Of a DNA stretch of 64,000 nt, positions 29,527-37,726 are shown piece by piece. Origin of the DNA: Myxococcota bacterium (GTDB lineage Bacteria > Myxococcota_A > UBA9160 > UBA6930); assembly GCA_965223415.1 (NCBI GenBank), contig OZ245002.1:3648001-3712000 (forward strand). Reading direction: 5' to 3'. Numbering within the stretch: position 1 is the stretch's first letter; each line of letters begins with the position of its first letter. The notes under the pieces were generated by a model. That model was not told the origin of the DNA, searched no databases, and saw nothing but the letters and a program-made list of their open reading frames with translations. Position numbers and translations under genes: made by a program.

Positions 29527-29583
29527 GGCGGGCCCCTCCTCCGGTCAGGCCTTCGGCTCACGCCCCTCGGCGAGGCGCTCCAT

Positions 29584-30066
29584 TCATGCGGGATCGAAGC
29601 GGATCTCGAGGATCTCCAGCTCCCGGGTGCCCTTGGGGACGCGGACCTGGACGCTGGCGTCCTGCTCCTTGCCCATCAGGGCCCGGGCGATGGGCGACGT
29701 GACCGAGAGCATGCCCTGGCCCACGTCGGCTTCGTCCTCACCGACGATGCGGTAGGTCACCTCGTCGCCGGAATCCGCGTCGGAGAGCACCACCGTGGCT
29801 CCGAAGCTCACCCGCTCGGTGCCCTGGCCGGTGCCGTCGATCACCTGGGCCCGGGCCAGCTTGTCCTCGAGCTGGGCGATTCGGCCCTCAATGTGGCCCT
29901 GGCGCTCCTTGGCGGCGTGATACTCCGCATTCTCGGAGAGATCGCCGTGGGCGCGGGCTTCCTCGATCTCACGCACGATCTTGGGGCGCTCCTCGCTCTT
30001 GAGCTGCTTCAGCTCGGTCTCGAGGAGGGCATGGCCCCTGGGCGTCATGGGGACGCGGTCGCTCAT
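29584..30066 (-). CDS. greA: Transcription elongation factor GreA
   Basis: ARAHGDLSENAEYHAAKE, YRIVGEDEAD, SPIARALMGK. Confidence 0.96.
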   Translation of the reverse strand: MSDRVPMTPRGHALLETELKQLKSEERPKIVREIEEARAHGDLSENAEYHAAKERQGHIEGRIAQLEDKLARAQVIDGTGQGTERVSFGATVVLSDADSGDEVTYRIVGEDEADVGQGMLSVTSPIARALMGKEQDASVQVRVPKGTRELEILEIRFDPA

Positions 30067-30188
30067 GAGTCGGTCCACCCCACGGGAAGGGCAGGCACCA
30101 GCCGTGGGCCGGGCGCCAAAGGGAAGGGCGCCCCCTCGCCCTCCAGGGCCGAGGTGGCGCCGCTTCCCGGGAAGGCTAACCCTCGCCC

Positions 30189-30758
30189 ATGGCCGCTGCC
30201 ACGAAGCCGACCCCCCCGGGGCTGCCGCTCGTCCCGTCCCTCCTCTTCTACGGAGCGCTGGGGGGCATCGCCTGGATCTGGCGCTGGGCGGTCGACGGAG
30301 TGGGGCCTTGGGCCCCCGGCAGCCCCTCTTCTGGAGCTGGGATCGGGCTCTTCGCCGGTCTCCTGATCGGTCTCGGGGTGGGGCTGCTGCTGGTCGTGCT
30401 CTCGCGGTGGTGGACGCGCCGCACGGCCGCCGGCGCCACCCTGGCCGAGGCCCTGGCCGCGCTGGTACGCGGCCTCCCGCTCGGGGCCGTCGCCCTGCTC
30501 GCCCTGGCGAGCGGCGTCGGCGAGGAGATGCTCTTCCGCGGAGCGCTCCAGCCCCAGGTGGGCGTCGTCGCCGCCACCCTGCTGTTCGGCGCTGCCCACT
30601 ACCTGCCCCGCCCGGGCCTGCGCATCTGGGCCGTCTTCGCCCTCCTTGCCGGCGCGCTTTTCGGCCTCCTGTTCGAGTGGACCGGCAGCCTCGCCGCCCC
30701 CGCCGCCGCCCACGTCACCGTGAACGCCCTCAACCTCCATCACCTCGCCCGCGCCTGA
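30189..30758 (+). CDS. CPBP/Abi (CAAX protease-like) intramembrane metalloprotease
   Basis: GEEMLFRG, LFGAAH and AHVTVN motifs; multiple TM helices. Confidence 0.88.
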   Translation: MAAATKPTPPGLPLVPSLLFYGALGGIAWIWRWAVDGVGPWAPGSPSSGAGIGLFAGLLIGLGVGLLLVVLSRWWTRRTAAGATLAEALAALVRGLPLGAVALLALASGVGEEMLFRGALQPQVGVVAATLLFGAAHYLPRPGLRIWAVFALLAGALFGLLFEWTGSLAAPAAAHVTVNALNLHHLARA

Positions 30759-30788
30759 GCGCAGCCGGCGGGGACGCACCGGTTGCGT

Positions 30789-31172
30789 CTAGCGGCGGGC
30801 GATGGCGTCGATCTCGATGAGGGCGCCCAACGGGAGGGCGGCGACGCCGATCGTGCTGCGGGCGGGCTTGGGGCCGTCGCCGAACTGGCGGGCGTAGATC
30901 TCGTTGACGGTGGGGAAGAGGGAGAGATCGGTGAGGTAGATGCCGGCGCGCAGCACCTGGTCCATGGAGGCGCCGGCCGCCTCGAGCACGGCGCGCAGGT
31001 TGGCGAAGGCCTGCTCCGCCTGGGCCTCGATGCCGCCGGGGACGAGCTCGCCGGTGGCGGGATCGAGGGGCACCTGGCCCGAGGCGTAGACCACGTCGCC
31101 GTCGATGACGGCCTGGGAGTAGGGACCGACCGGAGCCGGCGCCGCGTCCGTGCGCACCTCGCGCTTGCCCAC
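30789..31172 (-). CDS. RidA/YjgF family reactive intermediate deaminase
   Basis: APAPVGPYSQA, SGQVPLDP, PARS, LPLGALIEIDAIA. Start could alternatively be TTG at 31187. Confidence 0.92.
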   Translation of the reverse strand: MGKREVRTDAAPAPVGPYSQAVIDGDVVYASGQVPLDPATGELVPGGIEAQAEQAFANLRAVLEAAGASMDQVLRAGIYLTDLSLFPTVNEIYARQFGDGPKPARSTIGVAALPLGALIEIDAIARR

Positions 31173-31198
31173 CTCGCGCGTTCCCAACGGCGCGCTCG

Positions 31199-31459
31199 CT
31201 AGGAGGGCGAGCCTTCGCCCGGGTCGTCGAGCAGCCGGTCTTCCAGCACCCGCAGCAGGTAGCCGACCAACATCAGGTTCGGCAGCCGCCCCCGCGTCAC
31301 GTCCGCCAGCTCCTCCGACTGCGCGAAGCTCTCGCAGTAGCTCGTGAAGAACTCCAGCGTCTCGAGCGGGACGTTCTTGGCGAGCATTTCGTTGATCTGC
31401 TCGGTGGGCAGCTCGCCGAAGACCTCGGCGAATTCCCAAGCGAGCTCGGCATGGTTCAT
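31199..31459 (-). CDS. Small acidic hypothetical protein (86 aa)
   Basis: GGGAG SD before ATG; strong GC3 bias; helical-looking sequence MNHAELAWEFAEVFGELP... Confidence 0.75.
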   Translation of the reverse strand: MNHAELAWEFAEVFGELPTEQINEMLAKNVPLETLEFFTSYCESFAQSEELADVTRGRLPNLMLVGYLLRVLEDRLLDDPGEGSPS

Positions 31460-31508
31460 GGGGGGCTCCCGCCCGCGAGCTGCATCCGGGCGCGCTCGGG
31501 CACGGCCG

Positions 31509-31537
31509 ATCCTGCCACCGGGGGTATTCCTTGTCAA
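31509..31537 (-). promoter_or_regulatory. Sigma70-type promoter for the hypothetical-ridA pair
   Basis: Minus strand: TTGACA (31537-31532), 17-nt spacer ending TGG, then CAGGAT (31514-31509). Confidence 0.6.
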
Positions 31538-31619
31538 CGCACGGGGCCGATTCGGCGGCGTTTCCGTCACCTCGCGCGACCGATCCACCGTCGGTGGGAA
31601 CGCGCCGAGCCCAATGGAA

Positions 31620-32141
31620 TCAGAGGCGAAGCTCCGGAACTTGCCGGTCCGCTGCGTCGTCGGGACGGAGCTCGATCCGAGGGCCCAGGAGTCCCTCGTG
31701 GACGAAGATCGGAGCACCGAAGCGCAGCGCCAGCGCGATCGCGTCGCTCGGCCGCGCATCCACCTCGAAACGCTCGCCCTCCCCGCCGGTCAGATGGATG
31801 CGTGCGAAATAGACGCCCTCGCTGAGATCCGTCACCACGACCCGCCGGATCTTCCCGGCCATGCGATCGACGAGTCGCTTGGTGAGATCGTGGGTGTTGG
31901 GCCTGGGCGGCGTCTCGCCGCCCAGGCGCGCGGCGATCGAACGCGCCTCGTTCACGCCGATCCAGATCGGCAGCTCGCGGCTGCCGTCCTCTTCGTGCAG
32001 CACGACGACCGGGCTTCCCACCTCCGGGTCGAAGGCCACGTGGCGCACGTAGGCTGCCGTCTCCCGGGAGGAAGGGGCGTCTCCGCAGCCGGCCAGCGCG
32101 ACGGCCGCGGCGAGAGACGACAGGACCGAGGAAAGGCGCAT
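31620..32141 (-). CDS. DUF151/bifunctional nuclease domain protein with lipoprotein signal
   Basis: LPIWIG..EA, RPNTHDL and DARPSDAIALALR motifs; N-terminus MRLSSVLSSLAAAVALAGC; SD GGAGG. Confidence 0.88.
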   Translation of the reverse strand: MRLSSVLSSLAAAVALAGCGDAPSSRETAAYVRHVAFDPEVGSPVVVLHEEDGSRELPIWIGVNEARSIAARLGGETPPRPNTHDLTKRLVDRMAGKIRRVVVTDLSEGVYFARIHLTGGEGERFEVDARPSDAIALALRFGAPIFVHEGLLGPRIELRPDDAADRQVPELRL

Positions 32142-32176
32142 GGTTCCTCCGATCTCCGGAGAGGATAGCGCCGGCC

Positions 32177-33418
32177 CTACACGCCAGTCGCCACCCGGCT
32201 CTCGAGCACCTGCAGCCAAGCCCGGGCCGCCTTGGCCTGCCCCTGGGCCGCGGCCTGCCGGAACGCGCTCCTCGCGGCATCGAGGTCGCCGCCCTCGAAG
32301 AAGGCGATGCCGAGCAGGAGACGCGCTTCGCCGGCGTCCTCGAGCCCGCCTCGGGAGAGCGCCTTGCGCAGGGCGGACTGGGCCGGCTCCCACCGCTCCG
32401 CGTCCGCGTGCAGCTGGCCGAGTCGCAGCCACAGCTTTCCCTCGCCCCGGAGCTCCGCCGCGCGACGCAGGGGCTCGATCGCCCGGTCGTCCTCCCGGGC
32501 GAGGGACCAGGCGTTGGCGAGGAGCTCCCAGGTGTCGCCCGTCTTCTCGATCGCACCCGCGTCGAGCCCCTGCTCCAGCAGGACGCCGGCCTTGTAGGGA
32601 ATCCCGTTGAAGAGATAGAGCTGGGCCAGTCGCACGCGCTCGTCGCTGGAGGCGACGAAGCCCTGGAGCTCCGCCGCCTGAAGCGCCGCGAGCGCCTTGC
32701 GGGCCTGCTCCTGCTGCCCGTAGACCGCTACGAGCTGCATCCAGTCGCTCTTCTTCTTCGGATCGATGGCCACGACGTGTTCGAGCCAGTGGGCGGCCCG
32801 TGCGTAGCGCTCGGCGGAGAGGTTCAAGGAGGCGGCCAGGCGCATCCAGGCGATCTGGGGCTTCGGCTCCTTGGCGAGGCCCCTCTCCGCCCACTCGAGG
32901 GCCTTCGCGAAGTCCTCCTTCTGGGCGTAGGCGTTCGCGAGCAGCATGTAGGCGGAGGCGCCCGGATTCTGGGCGCGCTCGAACCAGACCAGCAGGGTCG
33001 CGATGCCTTCGTCGGTGCGCTCGTTCAGCAGGTAGAGCTGACCGAGGTTGAACTGGGTGTGGAGGCCCGAGGTGTCGGGAAGCGCGTCCAGGGCCACCGC
33101 CTTCTCGAAGTCCTGGATCGCCCGGCTGTACTGCTCCTTGCCCGAGTAGACGTAGCCGCGGGTCTGGTGGATCAGCGCCAGCTCGTGGTCGTTCAGCTTC
33201 TTGCGCTTCAGCAGTGCCTGGAGCTTGGTGAGCGCCGGCTCGAAGCGCTCCTCCTGGAGGTCCGCCATGGCGGAGTTGAGCTTCTCGTAGACCGCCTTCG
33301 AGACGGTCTGTACCCGCTTCGTCTCCGGCGGCTTGCGGCGCTCGGCACCCAGGCCCGGAGCCGCCGGGAGGAGCAGCGCCAGCCCCAGCGCCGCCGCGAC
33401 GACGAGAAGGCGCCTCAC
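32177..33418 (-). CDS. Periplasmic TPR protein (TtpD-like) of the TonB2-type operon
   Basis: Signal peptide, many TPRs, position at the end of the exbB-exbD-tonB operon; GTGA coupling. Confidence 0.8.
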   Translation of the reverse strand: MRRLLVVAAALGLALLLPAAPGLGAERRKPPETKRVQTVSKAVYEKLNSAMADLQEERFEPALTKLQALLKRKKLNDHELALIHQTRGYVYSGKEQYSRAIQDFEKAVALDALPDTSGLHTQFNLGQLYLLNERTDEGIATLLVWFERAQNPGASAYMLLANAYAQKEDFAKALEWAERGLAKEPKPQIAWMRLAASLNLSAERYARAAHWLEHVVAIDPKKKSDWMQLVAVYGQQEQARKALAALQAAELQGFVASSDERVRLAQLYLFNGIPYKAGVLLEQGLDAGAIEKTGDTWELLANAWSLAREDDRAIEPLRRAAELRGEGKLWLRLGQLHADAERWEPAQSALRKALSRGGLEDAGEARLLLGIAFFEGGDLDAARSAFRQAAAQGQAKAARAWLQVLESRVATGV

Positions 33419-33951
33419 AGGAGCCTCCCCCGCGCCCGCCGGCGCCTCCGCATGCGCTGGTGCAGCTCGCGCCGGCGCGCCTTGGCGTACTCGGGCCAGG
33501 TGACGCCGGCGCCGCGGCGGCCGGCCTCCTTCTCCCGGTAGTGCCGGAAGTCCCGCCAGGCCTCCAGCTCGTGCTGAAGCTCGCGCGCCGCCAGCTCGAT
33601 CATGATGGCGTCGTCCAGGTAGCCGAGGCCCGGGATCGCGTCCGGCACCAGGTCCTGGGGCTCCGCGAAGTAGGCGAGGGTGTCGACGACGCGCTTGCGG
33701 TCCGCGCCGCCGAGGGCGAACTCGTCGTCGGCCAGCATGCCGAGCACCTCCGCCATCTGGGCGACGCGCTCCGTCACGAAGGAGGGGAGCTCGAGGCCCT
33801 CGGTGTGCCGCAGTGCGTCCCGGGAGCTGGCCACGATCTCCGATTCCGGGCGCCCGCTGGCCTTGGCTTCCGAGAGGCGCCGGCGGAAGTAGCGCAGGTC
33901 CTTCTCGGAGAGAGTGAAGGTCACCCGGAGCTCCCCGCTCCGCGCCGCCAT
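33415..33951 (-). CDS. YkvA/DUF1232 family protein
   Basis: LAYFAEPQDLVPDAIPGLGYLDDA signature. Confidence 0.85.
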   Translation of the reverse strand: MAARSGELRVTFTLSEKDLRYFRRRLSEAKASGRPESEIVASSRDALRHTEGLELPSFVTERVAQMAEVLGMLADDEFALGGADRKRVVDTLAYFAEPQDLVPDAIPGLGYLDDAIMIELAARELQHELEAWRDFRHYREKEAGRRGAGVTWPEYAKARRRELHQRMRRRRRARGRLL

Positions 33952-34568
33952 CAGCCGGCCTCCTTGGGGTCGAAGGTGATCACGATCTGCACGCCCTGGC
34001 GCGGCACGGGCTTGCCGTTCTCGATCTTCGGCCGGTACTTGAACTTTTCGACGGCGCGCCTGGCGGCCCGGTCGAAGGTCCGGGGCGGGTCCGAGTCCAC
34101 GACCTGGACGTCCTCGACGGTTCCCGCGGACGTCACGTTGAACTCCAGCAGCACCCAGCCGCTGAGGCCGAGCTGGGCGGCCCGGCGCGGATACTCCGGT
34201 GGGATACGCACGAGGGGCACGACGTCCATGTCCGAGATGGCCGCGCCGGCCCGGGGGCCGGCGGCCAGATCGCCGGTGGGAAGGGCCACGACCGTGCCGT
34301 CGACCTCGCCGAGCTTCGGCTTCGAGGCCCTGGCCACCCGCACGTCCGGCGGCGGCGGCGGCTTCGCCTGGTTGAGCTTCTGGGGCAGGCGCCGCTCCTT
34401 GGTGCGCGCGTCGGATTCCTCCTTCAAGCGCACGAAGTCGATCACGCTGCCGTGGATCTCGTCCTGTTCCCGATCCTCGTTCACCGCGATCAGCGCGTTC
34501 ATCCCGTAGAAGAGCGCGAACGTCACGACCACGGCGAGGGCCAGGGAGCCGGCGAGGCGGGCGGTCAC
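33951..34568 (-). CDS. tonB: Energy transducer TonB
   Basis: N-terminal TM, Pro-rich linker, C-terminal domain PEYPRRA...G.V.LEFNV...FDRAA...KFKYRP. Confidence 0.92.
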   Translation of the reverse strand: MTARLAGSLALAVVVTFALFYGMNALIAVNEDREQDEIHGSVIDFVRLKEESDARTKERRLPQKLNQAKPPPPPDVRVARASKPKLGEVDGTVVALPTGDLAAGPRAGAAISDMDVVPLVRIPPEYPRRAAQLGLSGWVLLEFNVTSAGTVEDVQVVDSDPPRTFDRAARRAVEKFKYRPKIENGKPVPRQGVQIVITFDPKEAG

Positions 34569-34578
34569 CGGGGGCGCC

Positions 34579-34989
34579 TCACTCGTCCGCCGGCCGGGCG
34601 GCGATGGCGATGGAGGGCGCGCCGGCGAGCTTCGCCTGGTCCATCACCTTCACGAAGGTGCCGTTCGTGCTCTTCTCGTCGGCCTGGATCACCACCGTAC
34701 CCTGGGGGTTCTCGGCCAGGAGGCGTTCCACGTTGGCGCGCACCGCCCGCACGTCGACCCGGCGGCGCTGGACCCAGATGCCGTCGTTCGCGTCGATGGC
34801 GATCAGGATCGCTGCCCGCTGCTTCGGCGTGGCGGTGGCCGCCGGCGGCCGGTTCACGTCGATACCCGCCTCTTTCACGAAGGAGGCGGTCACGATGAAG
34901 AAGATCAGCAGGATGAACACCACGTCGAGCATCGGCGTCAGGTTGACGTCGCTGTCTTCGGACTCGCTGGTGTGCCGTCGCCGCGCCAC
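34579..34989 (-). CDS. exbD: Biopolymer transport protein ExbD
   Basis: VNLTPMLDVVFILLIFFIVT, IQADE, VKVMDQAK. Confidence 0.93.
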   Translation of the reverse strand: MARRRHTSESEDSDVNLTPMLDVVFILLIFFIVTASFVKEAGIDVNRPPAATATPKQRAAILIAIDANDGIWVQRRRVDVRAVRANVERLLAENPQGTVVIQADEKSTNGTFVKVMDQAKLAGAPSIAIAARPADE

Positions 34990-34990
34990 G

Positions 34991-35506
34991 TCAGGTCTCC
35001 CGTCGCAGGAGATCGCCGAGCTCCTCGGCCTCCCGCTTCGCCTTGTTGTTCAGCCAGACGCTGGCGTAGAGGCCCGAGAGGGCCGCCACCATGCCCGCCA
35101 TGGTCGGGATCGTCGCTCGGGAAACGCCGCTGGCCATGAGCCGCGCGCTCGAGCTGCCGGTCATGGCCATCACGTCGAATACCTGGATCATGCCGGTCAC
35201 CGTGCCGAGCAGGCCCAGCAGCGTGCACAGCCCGACCAGGCTCTGGAGCATGCCGAGGCCTCGCTCCAGGGCGAGGGACACCTCCGAGATCATCGCCTCG
35301 CGGATGCGGTGGGCGTGCCAGGAGGTGCGCTCCGCGCGGCTTTCCCACTCCTCGAGGGCGCGATGGACCGCCGCCGGATGCACCGTGCGCAGGTGCCAGA
35401 GCCGCTCGAGGATGAGCGTCCACATCACCACGAGCACGCCCCCGATCGCGTAGAGGACCGGGCCTCCCCGCTCGATGAACGCCTCGACGGCGAGCCAGGG
35501 CCCCAT
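34991..35506 (-). CDS. exbB: MotA/TolQ/ExbB proton channel protein
   Basis: LLGLLGTVTGMIQVF and MASGVSRATIPTMAG motifs. Confidence 0.9.
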   Translation of the reverse strand: MGPWLAVEAFIERGGPVLYAIGGVLVVMWTLILERLWHLRTVHPAAVHRALEEWESRAERTSWHAHRIREAMISEVSLALERGLGMLQSLVGLCTLLGLLGTVTGMIQVFDVMAMTGSSSARLMASGVSRATIPTMAGMVAALSGLYASVWLNNKAKREAEELGDLLRRET

Positions 35507-36864
35507 CAGCTGGCGGCCCCGCCCTGCTCCTCGGCGCGGCGCGCCACCATGCCCGCCGCCTGCTCCTCGAGCACGCCGATCAGGCCCTTGCTGCGGTCCT
35601 TGAGCACGCTCGCCAGGAAGGTCAGGGGAATCGCCACGATCAGGCCGAGCATGGTCGTGACCAGGGCGACCGAGATGCCGCCGGCCATCATCTTGGGATC
35701 GCCGGTGCCGTAGAGGGTGATCATCTGGAACGTCTGGATCATCCCGGTGACCGTGCCGAGCAGGCCGAGCAGCGGAGCGATCACCGACAGCACGCGCACC
35801 GTGGTGATGCCGCGCTCGATCGGCGGTACCTCCCGCAGCACCGCCTCGTCGAGCTTCAAGTCGAGGGTCTCGGTGTCCGCGCCCGGGTTCGCCTCGTAGA
35901 CAGCGAGGATGCGGCCGAGCGGGTTGTCGTCGCCCGCGCCGCCCCGGCCCTGCTGGGCCTTGATCCTTCGCCCGAGTCCGAACAGGACGAAGAAGCGCCA
36001 GGCGGCGAGCAACGCGCCGGCAGCGCCGAGGCCGAGGATGATGTAGCCGATCACGCCGCCCTGCTGGACCTGCTCGCCGGCGCTCGGCCGCTGCACCTCG
36101 AGGGCCAGGATCGAGCCCTTGGAGGGATCGAGGGGCGCCACGGCGCGCGCACCCGAGGCGCCCTCGAAGGAGGCCGCCGCGCGCCGCGCCGGCCCACTCG
36201 GCTGACGCCCCAGCTCCTGCAGCGACTGGGTCTCCGAGTTCCAGGTGAGGAACTCGCCGTCGGCGATCGCCGTGAAGGGCCCGACCCGCGTGACGGTCCG
36301 CTCCACCGGGTTGCCGTCGGTCCCGACGACCGGGGCCTGGAAGCGCGACACCTTGCCGGCCTCGGTCGCCTCCTGCTGCAGGGCGAACCACAGGTTCACG
36401 AGCTCGTCCATGTCGGGGAGCGACTTGCTCTCGGCGAGCTTGGCGAGAGCCGGCGCGCGGCCCTCGTGCTCCGCGCTGGTCATCGAGCTCTCGACCAGGG
36501 CGCGAGTGTCCCCCGCCACCTGGCGCACCACGCCGAAGAGCTCGCCCAGGCTCCCCAGGCGCTCGGTCAGCTGGTCCTCCAGGGCCGCGAGCTCGCGCTC
36601 GTTGGCCTGGAACTCCTTCTCGAGGGCGGCGCTCTCCTGCTCCAGGCGCTGGCGCTCGGCCCGGGTGCGGGCGAGGAGCCCCGCCTGCTGGTCCTTCTTC
36701 TGCTGGAACTCGGCCTCGCGTTGGCGGTTCGTCGCGGCGTCGGCCTGCCGGCCCGCGCGGACCTCCTGGAGCAGCTGGTCGAGGGACTTGGCGCCGCCCG
36801 CGTCCTGGGCGAACGCGGGAAGGGCGACGAGCGAGAGGGCGGCGGCGAAGAGCAGCGGGCGCAT
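35506..36864 (-). CDS. TtpC-like long MotA/TolQ/ExbB protein with periplasmic coiled coil
   Basis: Signal peptide, coiled coil, LGELFGVVRQ, then PLLGLLGTVTGMI and MAGGISVALVTT. Confidence 0.88.
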   Translation of the reverse strand: MRPLLFAAALSLVALPAFAQDAGGAKSLDQLLQEVRAGRQADAATNRQREAEFQQKKDQQAGLLARTRAERQRLEQESAALEKEFQANERELAALEDQLTERLGSLGELFGVVRQVAGDTRALVESSMTSAEHEGRAPALAKLAESKSLPDMDELVNLWFALQQEATEAGKVSRFQAPVVGTDGNPVERTVTRVGPFTAIADGEFLTWNSETQSLQELGRQPSGPARRAAASFEGASGARAVAPLDPSKGSILALEVQRPSAGEQVQQGGVIGYIILGLGAAGALLAAWRFFVLFGLGRRIKAQQGRGGAGDDNPLGRILAVYEANPGADTETLDLKLDEAVLREVPPIERGITTVRVLSVIAPLLGLLGTVTGMIQTFQMITLYGTGDPKMMAGGISVALVTTMLGLIVAIPLTFLASVLKDRSKGLIGVLEEQAAGMVARRAEEQGGAAS

Positions 36865-37637
36865 CACTCGCTCCCTCCGCCGGCGGCGGTCGCGACGGGT
36901 ACGAGCAGGAGCCCCGGTGACGCCTGCTTCCGGGCGATCTTGAGCCCGCGCTTCACGTCCCCGTTGAGCCCGCTGTCGAGGGGCGCGTACTGGCTGCCGT
37001 CCCAGATCCCGCTCTCGTCCCCGTCGAGGGTCTGGTAGAGGAGCGCCACCCGCCCGATGCGCAGGAAGTCCACCTGGCGCTGGTTCTCGCCCTCGCCGAA
37101 GGTGCCGCGGTAGGCCTCGATGGTGTGACCGAACTCGTTCTCGATCTGGAACGCCTCCATCAGCCGGCGGTACTTCTCCGCCACCGTCACGTCCGAGCGC
37201 AGCAGGAGGTCCCGCAGCTTCGCGACACGCTCGGTGCGCTCCTCCAGCAGGAAGGGCAGGTCCGCTGCCACGAACTCGTCCAGGGTGTCGATCATGCGGC
37301 TCATGAGCGGCATGATCTCGCGCTCGACGGTGGTGACGCCGTCGATCTCGCCTCGGATCTGCTCCATCTCGTCCCGCTGGGCCTGCACGAGCTTGCCGAG
37401 CTGCTCGGTGTAGACCCGCAGCGAGTCGACCTGGCGGCTCTCGGCCCGGAAATCGGCGAGCAGGCTGCGGGTCTGGTCCGCCAGCTTGTCGATCTTCTTC
37501 TGGGACTGGATGGCGTCGCCCTGGGCGGCCTGGGCCACCTGCTGGAGCTGGGTGTAGCTCTGGGCCAGGCCCGGCGGGGCGGCGAGCCAGACGAGAGCGG
37601 CGGCAGCGAGGGCCAGGCGGGGGGGCGTGCGCGTCAC
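36864..37637 (-). CDS. DUF3450 family protein (TtpB-like)
   Basis: Signal peptide, coiled coil, DLPFLLEER, AEKYRRLMEAFQIE and FLRIGRVALLYQT motifs. Confidence 0.85.
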   Translation of the reverse strand: MTRTPPRLALAAAALVWLAAPPGLAQSYTQLQQVAQAAQGDAIQSQKKIDKLADQTRSLLADFRAESRQVDSLRVYTEQLGKLVQAQRDEMEQIRGEIDGVTTVEREIMPLMSRMIDTLDEFVAADLPFLLEERTERVAKLRDLLLRSDVTVAEKYRRLMEAFQIENEFGHTIEAYRGTFGEGENQRQVDFLRIGRVALLYQTLDGDESGIWDGSQYAPLDSGLNGDVKRGLKIARKQASPGLLLVPVATAAGGGSE

Positions 37638-37726
37638 GAGGGGCTCCTGTTCGCCGCCCGGCGGACCGCGCGGCTCGCGTGAGGGGTGCGAGAGTAGGAC
37701 GGCTCGGGGCGGGCCGGCTACTCCGA

